Positions 13,106-28,633 of a DNA stretch of 64,000 nt are shown here, one piece after another. Made by a program: the position numbers and the translations under genes. Under the pieces are notes generated by a model, which was not told where the DNA came from, did no database searches, and was given only the letters and a program-made list of their open reading frames with translations. Numbering within the stretch: position 1 is the stretch's first letter; the number at the start of each line of letters is the position of its first letter. This DNA is from Octopus vulgaris (taxonomy: Eukaryota): assembly GCA_951406725.2 (NCBI GenBank), contig OX597814.1, positions 63,116,001 through 63,180,000 on the forward strand, in the 5' to 3' direction.

Positions 13106-13500
13106 CTGAGAATGTGTGTCTGTCTGTCTGTTTCCCTAAAACTTGAGAACTACTCAACCAATTTCATTCAAATTTTACACATGCCTTACTTAGGGTCCAT
13201 GTGGTTACATGGGCAAAAAAAATGTTCAACCTCTTACCTAGAGCGAGCCCATAGCAATATCATATCTTCTCCACTATTTCTGTATTACGTGTTAAAAGTG
13301 AAACAAAAACATTTCTCTATTTTATGTCAGATACTTTCACTTTAACAATAAAAATAATAATAACAATTGAAGTATATGTAGTAAGTAATAATTAAAGTAT
13401 GATATTATCGTAACATAACAAAAGTAAAAATAGCAATTGGTATAAAATTGCATCAATGACTTGAACTTGAATCAGTGGTTTCACATGAATGGGAATAAAT
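13017..13500 (+). mobile_element. Non-autonomous Helitron-like repeat, 5' portion
   Basis: TC + (TA)n, then TGTGTGTCTGTCTG...AACTACTCAACCAATTTCATTCAAATTTTACAC. Same 5' architecture as the Helitron at 15998; 3' end not clear. Confidence 0.45.
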
Positions 13501-13649
13501 AAAAAATTAAAATTAGCGTGCAGAAATGGAATAGTCCAGATCGAGCTGTGCACGGCTTTTACATTAGATTATTTGCTAATTAGCTCTATGTAATGTCTGT
13601 TTTCTCGAAATATACTTCTACTGAGTACCGCTGTTGGATTATTTCTGAT

Positions 13650-14462
13650 CCATAAAGGCCTATAGCTTCAACAGAGTACTGCGTTTTGGTTTACCGTATG
13701 GTTTGTTGTTATTATTATTTGTGATTTTACTATTGTTATCACGTTTGTTGGTTCCTCGTAAGGGAAGCGTTGTTGTGTTGCATTTGTTAAATAATTGTAA
13801 ACCGTAACCCTCCCCCTTTGGAAGAAGGAGCTTTGGTTATTGTTTAAAAATTGAATTGTGTCCCTGTTTGGGGAAATTGACAATATTTTCACCGTTTACA
13901 CGGAAGCATTTTTGTTAAAATGTCTTCGATAGAAGAAAGTCCAAAAATGAATTTCTCTGCAGCCGTCGGCGGGCGGCGAACTCATTAAAATTAAAATGGA
14001 AGAAATACAAACCTATTTCGGATTGATCACCGACAAAGACGGTGAATCTAGGATAACACTACCAAACTAAATAAAAAATAAAATTAAAGAAAATACTATT
14101 GACTATAAAGTATACAATGTAGAGAAAAAAACCGATTTGAAAACCTGGAGGAAAGCACCATTGAAAAGTGTCTTGGTTCGACTATGAAAGATATCAAGTA
14201 TCTAACCAGAGGCGGTAAATTCGCCACAATAGAAGCACGGTTCGAGTCAACGGAGCATGCAAGTGAGTACTCGACTAGAACCTTACAAAGTGGAAATATT
14301 TTATTTTTACCTTTATATCTGGGACGTAGGACGTCCCGGATAAAAATTAAAAAATGTCCGCCCTCCAGAAGTAGAGGTAGGCTGGATTGTAGTCACACTT
14401 CTATACAAGAGGGAGGACAAGATACAATTGATCAAAATTGCAAGAGGCGGGCCTACAATTCC
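13650..14462 (+). mobile_element. Probable LINE 5' region / ORF1 relic
   Basis: ORF 14184..14513 (KYLTRGGKFATIEARFES...LFLPLYLGRRTSRIKIKKCPP) resembles LINE ORF1 RRM-type segments. Frameshifted, no splice signals. Confidence 0.4.
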
Positions 14463-14531
14463 CGTCAGTTGTATATTTTGTGTATTGTTATCACTAGCGA
14501 TATCAAGATATAACTTTGTATTTTATGTGTA

Positions 14532-14575
<44 letters not shown>

Positions 14576-15997
14576 ACATGTAAACATATATATATGCACT
14601 AGCAATATGACACGGCAATTATATATATATATATAATTATTGTAAGAGGTTTTGTGAGGAGATAGATTCCTCTTTAAAGGGATGTCAATATCCAAGCATC
14701 TTCCGGTCTTATCGTATAGATCGATGAACTTTCTGGAATCCTGCTTTTCCATGGTAGAATCAGTGTTTATTATTTATTAGGCACCAGTATTATACACATT
14801 TTGGAATTCCAGTATTTCTTATAGATGTTTACTTCTCATCGCTATATGTGGGGATAGTTATCGTAATATATCATAAAAGAGGTGTAACTTAAGTGTTGAG
14901 AAAATTTTTCACATAATAACTTCTAAGCATAAACTTATCAACAGTAAAAGAGAAAGCGGATCATTCTACCTACACAGGAGTAAATACATATTTCAAAAAT
15001 TCAATTGAAGCAGAAAAATTAAATAACAGTAGATCTAATAGAAAATATATATAAAAAACCAAGTTCTAGAATATAAGCCTATGATATAAGTATAATGATA
15101 ATAACAGTATAACTCTAATCCTGTATGTATGTATGTATGTATGTATGTATGTATGTATGTATGTATGTATGTATGTGTCTGTGTGCCTGTGAGTACGTTT
15201 GAGTCTGCTTGTGTGTGTATACGTACGTGAGTCTGATGTCAGCAATATAAGAAAAATGTTCTCGGTAAGTACCCAACATATTTTATATATTACAAACGGC
15301 CCCTCCCCTAAATATCTTATATTTGGACTGTATAATAAGTGTCCTTTCTCTTCTGATGTCGGCTGATTATGATTTGAAAAAGATTTGACTACTATTGTAT
15401 TTTTTTTTGCACTTCGAGCAACCACATAAAGGCTCTCTGGCTCGTAAATATATATTTAACTGCTATGTCGCGTGTATCGTTTTTGCAGTACGTGTGTGCA
15501 TGTAGATATATATTGGTTTTTCTGCAATTTGCCATCCATTTCAATTTGAAAGAGTATGGTGTGCAGACGTTGCTGATATAGACGATGAATCATTTAACAT
15601 CGTTTGCCTATTTTGTGTAATGATATGTGAGTTAGTGCTTAATGTATTTTACCATATTTTAGTTTTAGTTTCTATATCCTTGTGTGGTGCCAATGTTTTT
15701 GCACACATGTCGTGTGAAAATATTTATATAAGATAATAAATGTAATCGGTAACATAATTTGTCTTTTGTAAGATGGTAGTTATGTTTATGTTGCTATAGA
15801 AAATATTTTCTAATGTTGATAATAATTATGATAATGGATTTCTACAGCGTTACTTAAATCTGTTCTGGAAAAATATGTTAAATTGTTTATAAATCAGTTT
15901 TATTCCAGGAGGTAACTTGTTATCCTCCAACTTATCATGTGATATATTAAATATATCAGGAGTCTGAAGCGATGCTATTTGATAAGTAGTCTTGTCA

Positions 15998-16032
<35 letters not shown>

Positions 16033-16644
16033 GTGAGGTTGTGAGTGTGCGTGCAAACCTGCATAACTTCTGCAGTTCACAACTGATTTTCTCCAAACTG
16101 GGAACACACATTACTTATGTTCTAGAGACGGTTTTAGACTCATAAAATTTTTCATGAGTAATGGGCTCCCTGGGAGAAGAAAATTCCCTTTCCTGGGTTA
16201 CGTTAAAAAGGGAAGTAACTTTCAGGAATTGATTGTCTCCCTTGCATCCAGCATGATTAATCTGCTGAAAGTTTTTCATCTTTTTATAAATATTGGTGTT
16301 AATTAATGTTTTTTATTGACAATTAATTATTAACATAATAGTGTCATTTCAATTCATGGTATGTATTTCTTAGAATTTGTTAAGATATTGATATTATTTA
16401 ACTTCTTTTATTGTAATTCTATTATTAACGTACAATTGTCAACTTATTTTATTACATCATATTTCTTGACTTTTTGTCTCCAAAGAGGAGATCCTCCATT
16501 GGTCGAAAAATGATCACATTCATAACTGACTGTGTGAAAGAGTAATACTGGCTAAAAAAAAGCAAGTAAAAAAGTAAGTAAAATTAATGAGCAGGTGCTG
16601 TAGTACCTTCCTGGAAGACAATCCCAAATCCAGAAAAGGTGATA

Positions 16645-17121
16645 AATTATCCAAAAGAACTTCTCAATTCAGTGGAGCTTCCAGAACTACCTGCCCACAG
16701 ATTGGAACTTAAAGTGGGAACTCCAGTAATGTTATTGAGGAATTTGGATCTACCAAACACTCTGCAATGGGACACGGCTGGTGGTAAAGAAGATGATGAC
16801 ACATGTTGTTGAGGCCACCATTCTCTTTGGACGTGGAAAATGGAAAAGGAGAGGATGTTTTCATACCCAGGATTCCTCTCATTCCATCGGGAACAGAAAT
16901 TCCTTTTTCATTCAGAAGAGTTCAATTTCTTATTCGTATCAGCTTCGCAGTGTGAAACACATTTTGTGGTAGGACTCCACTTGGAAGAGTCGTGCTTCTC
17001 ACATGGGCAATTATATGTTGGCTGCTCTAGAGTGCGATGCAAAAAAAATCTATTTACATTTGTTCCACAAGGGAAAACAAAGAATATTGTTTACCTAGAG
17101 TTCTTGCAGGAATTACTATGA
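16645..17121 (+). pseudogene. Helitron PIF1-family helicase C-terminal fragment (frameshifted)
   Basis: YPKELLNSVELPELPAHRLELKVGTPVMLLRNL, LCNGTRLVVKKM, VFIPRIPLIP and CFSHGQLYVGCSRV...KTKNIVY are canonical Helitron RepHel helicase motifs. Confidence 0.9.
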
Positions 17122-17483
17122 TGCGCTCCACTGCTCTTTATGAATGATGAAGATGTATACCATTTCGGCAAAATACTAACAAACCCGAAGACTTCATCAA
17201 CAAAGCAGTTTCCTGCATGGACTTCAGTTTGAAAGCATATTCTCCAATTACTTCCGCCAACCATGCGGTAAGCCGTTATGCCTTATTTTTTCAAGTAATT
17301 CATTACTACATATTCTCATGTGATTGCTTAGACTCAGTTTACTTTTCTTATTCTACAGCCACACCGGCTATCCAATATCATCAACCTTTCGCCTTCAGCA
17401 ACATTTCAACAGTTCACATTTCCCCATTGTCGTCTTCCATTGCAACCTCTTTCCGGAATGTACCCATTTACATAAAATATGTC

Positions 17484-18107
<624 letters not shown>

Positions 18108-18126
18108 TAGTGTAATGTAGGTGTAA

Positions 18127-18142
18127 TATATATATATATATG

Positions 18143-18234
<92 letters not shown>

Positions 18235-18352
18235 CATATATATATATATACATATATACATGCATATATATATATATATATATATACATACATACATATA
18301 TATATATGTATATATATATACATACATACATATATATATATATATACATACA

Positions 18353-18385
<33 letters not shown>

Positions 18386-18412
18386 GTATATATATATGTA
18401 TGTATGTATGTA

Positions 18413-18464
<52 letters not shown>

Positions 18465-18514
18465 TAGATACATATATACATACATACATACATACATATA
18501 TATATATATATAGA

Positions 18515-18550
<36 letters not shown>

Positions 18551-18556
18551 TGTATG

Positions 18557-18585
<29 letters not shown>
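18127..18585. repeat. Compound (TA)n/(TACA)n/(GA)n/(TATG)n microsatellite
   Basis: Seen directly. Confidence 0.95.
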
Positions 18586-18587
<2 letters not shown>

Positions 18588-18790
18588 CGAGAAGGTTTAC
18601 GAAATTAAACAAAAGACGAAGGCAGGTGGAGTACAAACAAACAATGTATTAGTATGGCGCTCAGGAATAGAAATAAAACAAGTCTTTTACGTTTCGAGCC
18701 TACGCTCTTCGACAGAAAGATACACAGAAAGGAACAAGGAGAGAAACAAGGAGAGAAAAAAATTGCGTGTAGGGGCTAACGATCCAACAT
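18586..18790 (-). mobile_element. Penelope-like 3' terminal (pLTR) fragment carrying a hammerhead fold
   Basis: Short non-coding cassette abutting (TATG)n and containing the hammerhead-like motif at 18683-18720. Confidence 0.6.
18683..18720 (-). ncRNA. Minimal type I hammerhead ribozyme-like motif (core variant CUGUCGA)
   Basis: Minus strand: TCTTT CTGTCGA A GAGC GTAG GCTC GAAAC GTA AAAGA. Stem I 5 bp, stem II 4 bp, palindromic ACGT stem III, GUA cleavage triplet. Confidence 0.7.
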
Positions 18791-20524
18791 ATACAAACTA
18801 TGCTATCTAGAGTCCCTAGCAACGCCGGGTATCTCTACTAGTATTGTCATAAATGTAACGTTTTCGTGATATCCTTACTCATCAGATCATGGATTAATAT
18901 GAACGGTATGAGATATAGAATTAAAGAATTACTAATATATACGATTCTTAGAATGTTCCATGATGGAGGATTTGCGTTGTTAACTGTTAATGTCCCTTTT
19001 GAGAATTAGTAATAGTTTTGACTATATAGTAATAGTTTAAAAAATCGTATTGTTTTCTACCCATGTAGCATCGATCCCTCGCAAGTAGGATGCCGAACGT
19101 TTGGTTTAGGTGTATCTGTCGGTGCAGATGTGTCTTCTGGGAGTGATTTCAATAGCATCTCGTTAAAATAAACGCAAGATTTCTTTTGGTCTTTGTATAT
19201 ATAAATGGCAAATTAAGGTATATAGCTTCATAATTTTAGAAGATCCATAACAAATATCAGATGCAAAAAGAAGAAACAAATGCACAATACAACGAAAAGG
19301 GTATTAGATATAACATTTAGTAGATATGGATGTATAAACGCCTATATATACATAGTCTGACGCGTGTACACTCGCACGTACAGAGGTACACGCACACATA
19401 AGCACACACATACACACGCGTAGTTTGGCGCACATACGACCGTACAAAGAATTAAGGAGATATTGATAAAATCATTGCCTACTACTTGTAGTGTTACGAC
19501 TCCACTTGGTAAGGAGTCATAGTTCTGTTGTGCGGTTCACTGGGTCTGGCTGGTATACTCATAGCAACCGTATAACCATAAATTCGGACATAAACACTGA
19601 CAGAATAGATGTTTAATTTTTTAATGACTAATGAAACAACCGATAGTGTGTAGAAAGCATCAATGTCACCAGCAGGTTTTTTTAGGATCAGGCGTAGGTT
19701 TTTTTCGCGTTTTCACCACATGGTAAGCGATGCTTATTGATATTTGTATAGTTTCGGATAACAATGTATAAAGAGTCAGGTGTTCTTGATTTTTACCTCT
19801 ATCAAAACATAAATAAATAAATGAATAAAATAAATAAATAAATAAAAAATAGAAGTGAAAAAAATAGAAAAAGAAAGCCAAACGTAAATTAAAGTACTTT
19901 TTTCAATTTGGACAAAAGTTGAGAGAACAAAAACAAATAGGGGAAGAGATAATTCTTCTCGAAATTTCAATTTCGATATTCTTACAGCAAATGTAAGAAA
20001 ATTCCTACAATGTGTCCTACAAGTACACAAGTCTGGGATAGAAGTGAGGCCACCAGACACCAGTCGAGATGTGCAGTCAAAGTGGGTGGGTTAGACTGGT
20101 CATCAAGTGACATTGGAGATAGACAGGCGATGTGAGAAGGTAAGACCTTAAGTATATTTCGGTAAAGTTGTTGATCACATCTATATTATTTCATAGAAAT
20201 AGAACATAATCGACATTCCTACAGAAAGCATATGTTAAAATAATGCAATGCATATGTTGCCTTAGTTGTAATAGAGCTTTATATGAGACGAGGGTTCAAA
20301 TCTAAGATGGTATTTGGATCATTGTGTACATGTGTTTATTCTTTCACATACCTATATGAATATATACTGATTCCTAACATTAGTACATGGATATAAATCT
20401 TTAGAGATAATTCGGTCGACTAAGGTGACCATAGTGCATTACTAGTAAATTTTTGTCGATATCTGAAGGATAAAATGTAAAACCGACTACAATTAGATTT
20501 GAATTCAAAGTATAGAAGGATGTA

Positions 20525-21649
20525 TTAGGTTGGCCGCTCTAAGTGTTGTGTTTTGAAACGCAATTTTATCATAGTATTTTCATTATATTTTAGGCGAATT
20601 TCGACGTATGCTCTTTAATAATTTCCTACTTATTTCAGACAGAAAACATTCTTGAAGCATAGACGCCCTTAATTATGAACATGACAAAAAAGGACTTTCT
20701 CTTACTTTTCTTGCATGAGTTCAAGCTTAATGCCTCCCATACTGCTGCCAATATCAACAAAGCATCGAGAGAGGGGTCCACAAGTGATCGCAGTACGAAG
20801 GTGGTTTCAGAAATTCCGTAGTGATGATGAGAACCTTGAAGATGAAGAAGGTAGAGGACGGTCATGCAGTCTTCACAATGAACAATTGAAAGCAATTGTT
20901 GAAAAAAACCCACGTCAAAGTGTCAGAGAAATGTCTCTGGCACTTGGTGTCGGTACTGCAACGGTCTCACGCAATCAGCGGAAGATTGGTAAGAGGAAAA
21001 GCTCGATAAATGGGTACCGCATGAGCTCAATGAAAACGTAAGGCGTAAGTGTGCTCGATGCTCTTTCTGCGAAACACCAATGATCCTTATCTCGACCGAA
21101 TATCTTGTGACGAAATGTGAATCCTTTATGATAACCGTAAACGATCAGGTCAATGGTTTGATCGTGATGAGTCCCCCAAACATTTCCCAAAGTCAAAGTT
21201 GCATGAGCAAAAGATTATGTTAACTGTCTGGTGGTCGGCAGTTGGTGTGTCGATTACAGCTTTCTGAAAGGCAAGCAGTTGCTAAAAATGAGACCTGCAT
21301 TGGTGAATCACAATAATACAAAAGCCACATGTTGCAAGAATGACGCTGCTAAACCTCGCAGACTTATGATACGAGACTATACCACCGCCTCCATATTCTC
21401 CTGATCTTTCAGCCACTGACTACCATTTTTTAAACATTTAAACACATTTTTAAGTGATGAAACTTTCAGGTCCAAACCAGGGGAGGATTCAGCTTTCAAA
21501 GATTTCTTAGCATCAAAGCCGTTGATCGATGGCAGAGATGCATAGATGTTCACGGTTCATACTATGACTAATCAAAATATCTATAGAGTTAATTTTTCCA
21601 GAATAAAGTTATGTTTCTGAAATCGGCCATTATTTTCGTAACAATCTAA
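20525..21649 (+). mobile_element. Decayed full-span mariner (DD34D-type, Hsmar1/cecropia-like)
   Basis: TA|TTAGGTTGG...CAATCTAA|TA termini. Transposase remnants FLHEFKL, VRRWFQKFRSDDENLEDEEGRGR, LYDNRKRSGQWFD and PPPPYSPDLSATDYHFFKHL. Confidence 0.9.
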
Positions 21650-22974
21650 TAGTTAACAATGCAAGATATTTTATTCCTCACTTTATCTATACTGCCAATC
21701 CATTTTTGTAGATAGATTGTTTTCGTATAGAGTTAGAAGACCTCTAAATTTGAGAGTAGGTATACCTCATGAGATAAATCACAGTTCTCAACTTTTACCT
21801 ATTGCATCCATCTAGTAGGGATGAAAGGCGCAGTCAATCTCATTTGGGGTGGACAGTTAAATACAACAAGATGTTTTGGTCATCTCTTTGCCTGCTATTC
21901 TCTTTGTTAATTTTTTTTTTACAAATATTGCAATTTCTATTGCGTAACATAAACATACTCGCAGTTTATGTTTAGAATTAAAAAAAAAAGATTTCGAAAT
22001 ATATTATAGAAATATTTCCAGGCACGACATTTTTTGTACATTTAACAAGAAGCGGTTTAACTAGAGTAATACTATCTCTTGTTCAATGCCAATAGTTGCT
22101 ACAAGAGAGATTTAATTTGATAGCTTTATTCTTTAATAACCTGGAGCTTAGCTTAAAGAATCTGCCATGAAGAATATATCTTTACTATAAGGACGTCGAC
22201 GGAGAAGAGAAAATAACTTTTAAAAATTCACGAATAGTTGCTCTACTGTATAATTTCATGCGATTTGATTAAAATATTGCTTGTACGCTAAGCATTAATT
22301 TCGATGTGTTTCTTGTACACAGCTTCAACAACAGTAATAAAGTTTAACATGTCAAAGTAGGTATGGCAATATAGCTAAGAAGTTTGTTACCTTCTTCCTT
22401 CCGTGATTTCGAAAGCGATTTCAGAGGCCGGAATACTGGAATATTATTATTTACCATAGCCTAGGAACAATCAAAGAATGTTCAGTAAGTTCTTAGAAGG
22501 AAAAAACCTGGAAGCTTCTTCTTGTTCTATGGTGATAATTTAATTGGTTACCTTCCCTAACATTACTATGTGGTATTTGAATTAATTGAGTGTATTTTCA
22601 CCCTGTTGCGTGTATTTGGATCAACACTTCATTAGGAGAATAACTACTTCTTTTCTCATCACAGTTCAGGAGGCCCTGAAAAATGTTATGGGAGCTATCA
22701 TTTCTCTTCTTACAGAGCGTAAAACAAAAAGTCATATCATATTGCATAAGAAGAGAATTTATAGTAGACTTAGGACAGAAAGTAATTATAAAAAGTTTAA
22801 ATTAGTAACATCCAAAAAGATATTTGGTAGATTCTTATTGTTTTAGGTACTTACCACTTACGTTGCAGATGCTACCTAACTTTAACTTAGATTCTTTCAC
22901 AGGCACATGAAGACAAATATATAACAAAGAGAAATATAATCGTGTGATTGTTGTCAACAGTGAGGCAGAGTCGT

Positions 22975-23035
22975 CCAAATTCCACTGACGTCGACTTCGC
23001 CTTTCATCCTTTTGGGTCCATAAAATAAGTAGCAG
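22975..23035 (+). mobile_element. SINE family C fragment
   Basis: CAAATTCCACTGACGTCGACTTCGCCTTTCATCCTTTTGGGTCCATAAAATAAGTAGCAG matches the body of the copy at 46130-46331. Confidence 0.6.
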
Positions 23036-26000
23036 TTAACTATCTTCCTCAGTCACCAAAAAAGTCTCTAGAAAAAAGAAAAAATATTCTAGCCTGACAC
23101 GTAAATGATTACATAAATATTGCATTATTTTCACTAGCCTCAGATGTAAGGTTTAACCTTACTATCTACCCAGTTTACATTATATATGCGCACCTGATGC
23201 TTGTGCACGTGTAAATGTGTGTGTGAGTGCGCGCGTGTGTGTATACGTGAGATTGTCTTCTTCAGAGAAAATAGCGGAATAAAAAAGTTCATGTCTAGAT
23301 ACTTATGCGTAATTCTATGAGTTATATTAATAATGATTTGCTATCTTGCCACTTCAGTCACACACTTCAGTCACACACATGCATTGAGAAAACAAAACAA
23401 TGAAATAAGTTTTCTGCAGGTTTGCGAAATAGATTGCTAACAATATACAAATGTATGACAGAAAGCCAAGCAGCTATTCATATAGCTGTTATTTATATTT
23501 CACATATTTTCTTCTTTCATAATAATAGTCTAGTTTCTAAACGTACGAAATGAAATGAGGTTAACGATTTTGTTTTAGTTTAGTTAACTTTTAATAACAA
23601 ATCACTAAAATATTTGTGTTTACGTACTACTTTTCTTACATGTTTGTGAATATTGCAACACACTTTAATTCGTTTTTAAATAGCAATAAATTTGTAGATA
23701 CATCTACTTATCACTAATCTATAATGTAATTAAAAAACTGAAACCATGGAATAAATTGCACACACGGACGCGCGCGCCCACATACGCATATACATACATA
23801 CATTCACAGACACATACACTCACAAACGCATATATATATGTATATATATATGTATCTCCTGAACTATTACTATTTCTGTTTTATTCTAGCAGCTTTTGTA
23901 GTATTATTTTCACCGTTTTAATTAGATTCCAGATTTACTGCAAATAGTTGATATATGATGTATAATTACAATTGTGTCTCACTAATCCCATTGCTAATTT
24001 TTTCTGTAAAAAGTATTTGAAAACGTTTAATACTTATTATCAATATGATGTAAGTTCCAGATTTTAAACTGTTTCCATTAATATTTTATATAATTGGTTT
24101 TCTTTAAAATGATTTTGAATATTATTTTTAATCAAGATTAAGGGAGAGAAAAGAAATGAACAAGAAAACAATAACAAAATTAAAAAATAAAATCTATACA
24201 ACAAGCTTAAACAAATTTTAATAATACAAGTAAAGTATTTTTAAATAGTACCTGTTCGGGTAATAATAGGAAGCAGTATAAAAAATTTTTCTAACCCTTT
24301 TCAATCACACTTTTGTTAACTTACACATACAACTATCTCAACTCTATGCACAGTTCCAATACAATTTATAAATAGAGCAATCCGAATTGCACGCACAACC
24401 CAACACAACATTCATACGTGTAACATAAATTATGTACAATTTCTAAATACGACCCAAATATCCGCTTAGCATTAGCCATTGTTCTGCATTGTGGCTAGAA
24501 AAACAACGGTAGCCGTTAACCGTGAACTTTCCTTAGTTAAAAAATAGTTTTTCTATTTTCTCTGTATTGCTATATTTTATTTTAATGTATTAGTAAATAA
24601 TTCATTAAGTTAATTGAATTGGAAAATCAATTTCACACTCGACTAACAAAAGCAAATACCCTTTCAAAGGTTTCAGAATAAAGAATGATATGCTTTCTAC
24701 AATGATGAATTGGCTAGATGCATGTGAGTATATACGATCTAAATACATTACACCATATGCTCTCTATATATATCAAACAATTTCTTTAGGTTATAATTCG
24801 TTGGAGCGGAGCTAAAATGTGAGCTCTTTTATCATATTCCAAAAACAAAAGCAAAAATTGAACATACTTTTACAAGGTAGGGAAACAATTATTAATTGAC
24901 TCGTTCAGTATTTTACTGATACTTATTGTATCTCCTCAATTTCGACTCTCAATGTTAACTATTTAATTTCATGCGCTTGAAAGCCATAAAAACATATAAT
25001 CTCGTCTGAACATAGCCTCACAAATTTGACTCCTTACAGCCAATCATGAGATAATTAATTTCGACAAATTTCTTACTTGACAGTCACATGTTACTTGCAA
25101 TTACTTTATCAGACACATGAACTTACAACATCAAACACCTAGACCTCACGCCATTTGTGTACCTTAAATCTCAGGCTTTGTTATCGTTATTTTATGATAA
25201 ATCCTTATGCATGAGAAATAAATTTGTTGGACTATCCAATTGCCCAGCGATATACATATGTTGTAAGCGTCCTCAAATAAGCGTCCTCAAATTTGGTTTC
25301 CGTCAATCACATTTTTTGTGTTGTGCCTCTGTTTCAAGCATTTGTAAACTTTCACTTGCATTCTCTTCTTTATATAAACTGATTTATACATCACAAGCAA
25401 AAGCATAGTTATATGTTCTTTACTTCAAAAGTATTATGAATTTCGTATCTCAGAGGATTAACTGTGATAGTGTAGACTTTCCCAAATGTGTTAGAAGATT
25501 ACATGTGCATGAGTTGTTCTTATGTTGTAAAATCTGCTTCATACTGTCTCCACACAAAATTAACGATTTAGGTGAAGTGAAATAGATATCAGTAAAAATT
25601 AAAATAGAATATCAAGCACTTCTCAAGACGTCTAACCGAGGAAGAATGATTGTTGTAACCTCCTTTTAATTTAGGTTATGTAGTGTCAAATTAGTATCTG
25701 TAATTCGAGTATTTTAAGCTAAGAAAACATCTCAATGTCTTCGAATGATGAAAGTGTATGAAAACATAGATTTACATTTATTTTTACACCAGTATTGATT
25801 GTAATTTTGTTCTTGCTTAACCCTGTTAAACGGATAGGATAATTCTTTCATCGAGTGTATTTCCTCTGTGAACATCAATTATCCAAATACGTGACTGTGA
25901 TTATGTAAATACATAACTGGAGTAATTGCATGGCACGAGATAATATTTTAGCTATTTCATATTTATTAAATCCTTCATTTATAGTATTTTTGTACGCCTA

Positions 26001-27301
26001 ATAAAAGTGTGTGTTGTTTAGGACCAGATCGACACTGATCGAGACGACCTATCGACAAAAGCGTTTGATCCCTGACTCCCATTATTTTAGGTCTATTTAG
26101 GATTATATTACACAAGGTCTCTTCTCTGTAAAGACAAAAGAAAGGAATTTGAAGAAAATGATGCTACTTATTATAGCAGGAAAGGCGACTACGTGGAAGA
26201 CTTTAAAGAATTTATTTGTTGATTTGGCAGGTGAGATAAAGAAAGAAAATTCCGGTATACACTAATGAGAAATTATTCAATTAAAATAGCCATTTATGTA
26301 TCATATTTAAAATATACCCACTCTCGATAAACCACTGACTGTGGTATTTGCGATACGATAACCTCCCTTATGAAGTTCTTATATTAACATCTGTTATGAC
26401 TCTGCTTATATTTATTGTGTTTTTAATGCAGCGATTCATAAGAGATGTAACATTATGCCAAATACTACAGTAATTGGCTATCGGCATGGTGCATACGCTT
26501 AGTATGTCAGAGAAAAGTCTTCGGTAAATATGGTAAAGGCTACTAGCAAGAAATCAAAACAGACATGATTTGTGTTGAGTTGCAACATAAACAGGTTATG
26601 ATATTATTTTGTTTGCACCGATATACGATCATGTTCTGCTTTTAACAACCTTAACTGTGGAATGAAATAAAAAACATAATGAAAATCCTTGTAGTAGTTC
26701 GATTTATAACTTGTCAAAATACATTCACATGCTGCATTTCTTGCAAGTTAAGTCTTAAATAGTGCATGAAACTTCAGTACAACTTAAAAGATCATGAATT
26801 TCATATATCTTGATCTTACCACACAGTATATTTGAAAAAAAGCTAACAAAACACAAAATTATACTTCGTATTGGTTTAATAATGTGATGTTCACACACTA
26901 ACTCATTTTCATTTTTTCCCTCTTTCAGTACACACACGCACACATATACACATACACACTAATGAGGATAAAGGAAGTGAGAAAGAGAGAGAGAGAGAGA
27001 TGATTCAACTCAGGTTTTCTTATAAACTGCGGAAGAATACACGGTATTTTACGAAATTTTGAAGGGATAAGTTTTCAATGTACTAGATTACGATTTTGTT
27101 TAGAGAATTTAGATACATAATTTTAATATATTTTAAAATTTTGTTTCAGACTTTTATATCTAAAGCATCATTTCGAAAAATCATATTTTCGAAAAACCTA
27201 TTTCTGCACAATTCCATTTCAAATTATTCACTATAAAAACATTATTAGGAAAGAAAATCGGAAATGTCTGAATGAGCTGAAACCCCTTTAAACTATATTA
27301 T

Positions 27302-27377
<76 letters not shown>

Positions 27378-28546
27378 ACGCATACGCAAACACACATAAT
27401 TTCAACATTGAATTCTTTTTTGTGGTCTATTTTAATATTTGCATTCATACATACATGTATGTATGCCTATATCTTATTTCAGGATTCAATTATTAGTTCA
27501 AACAAATTACATATGAAAAGCCCTTATTCGACAAAATATATCCCATTATATTCTGTTGTCTGTTGCTATCGTTGCGCCGAAACCACGCTTATACCATTTG
27601 GTTGATTTAGCGGTAAAAAACCCAAAAAAACTCCCTGTGCCCGTTCTCAACCTCATCCACGTTGCTGAAATGGGCAGAAAATGAGCCATAGCTCGGAAAG
27701 ATGGTAGTTTGATGGTGCAATGTCTGGACTGTAGGTTTCTCAAGCTTGCGCTTGATCACATTAGCAGGGTGTGTTGGAGCATTTCTACGCTCTAAGAGAG
27801 TGCATTTTCAAAGCATCATACACTAGTTGCAGTTGTGTAAAAAATTAGCGTTTACAGCATGACCATTTCGGAAAGAATAACAATCTCGTTAGGATTTGAA
27901 CTTGGACTGCAGAGAGCCAGATCAGTTGTTGTAAGGTAAATATAAATCTCGTTTATATTTTCTTGGTAATTAATTGAAACCGGAACCAGGGCATAGTATA
28001 AACCACTTAAAATTTCGTGACTTCAAATAAAATATTTTACTCTACTGTAGAAAGCTCTCCAGATCGAAATCAACCTTAATTCTTTTGAACGTAGAATACG
28101 TTATCAAAGACATGAAAGGATTTCCTTCCAAGCAAATTAATCATGGTATCAAATTTACTTATGAAAATGAAATTAGAAACGAAAAGCAGTTTGTCTCGCA
28201 GAGTTAGAATTCTAATATAAAATTAGACTGAGAAGAAAACATAACGTTTGTTACTGATATCGTTGAAACAGCCTTTGGCAGAGGCACTATCATTTAAAAC
28301 TAGATATTGTTTTAGTGGTAAAATAATAAGACCTAGGATATTATTGATGATTAATCTACATAAAGGATTGCTAACAAAATTGTTTTTCTGGTAAGAAATT
28401 TTGTAGGATTGATTAAGGAATAATTAACATGGACATGCAGGTGGCGAAATAGCACTCTTGCTACAGCACAAAACGAAATACTTTGCAATATAGCATTTCG
28501 GTCTCTGCCTGTCTGTCTGTTTCTCTTTTGCTCTCACTCTTTGTAC

Positions 28547-28633
<87 letters not shown>

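Noticed and set aside
19492-19763. TGTTA...TAACA-bounded 270-bp segment as a solo LTR
   Set aside because: The flanks (TGTAG vs ATGTA) do not give a clean TSD, and there is no second copy or internal sequence.
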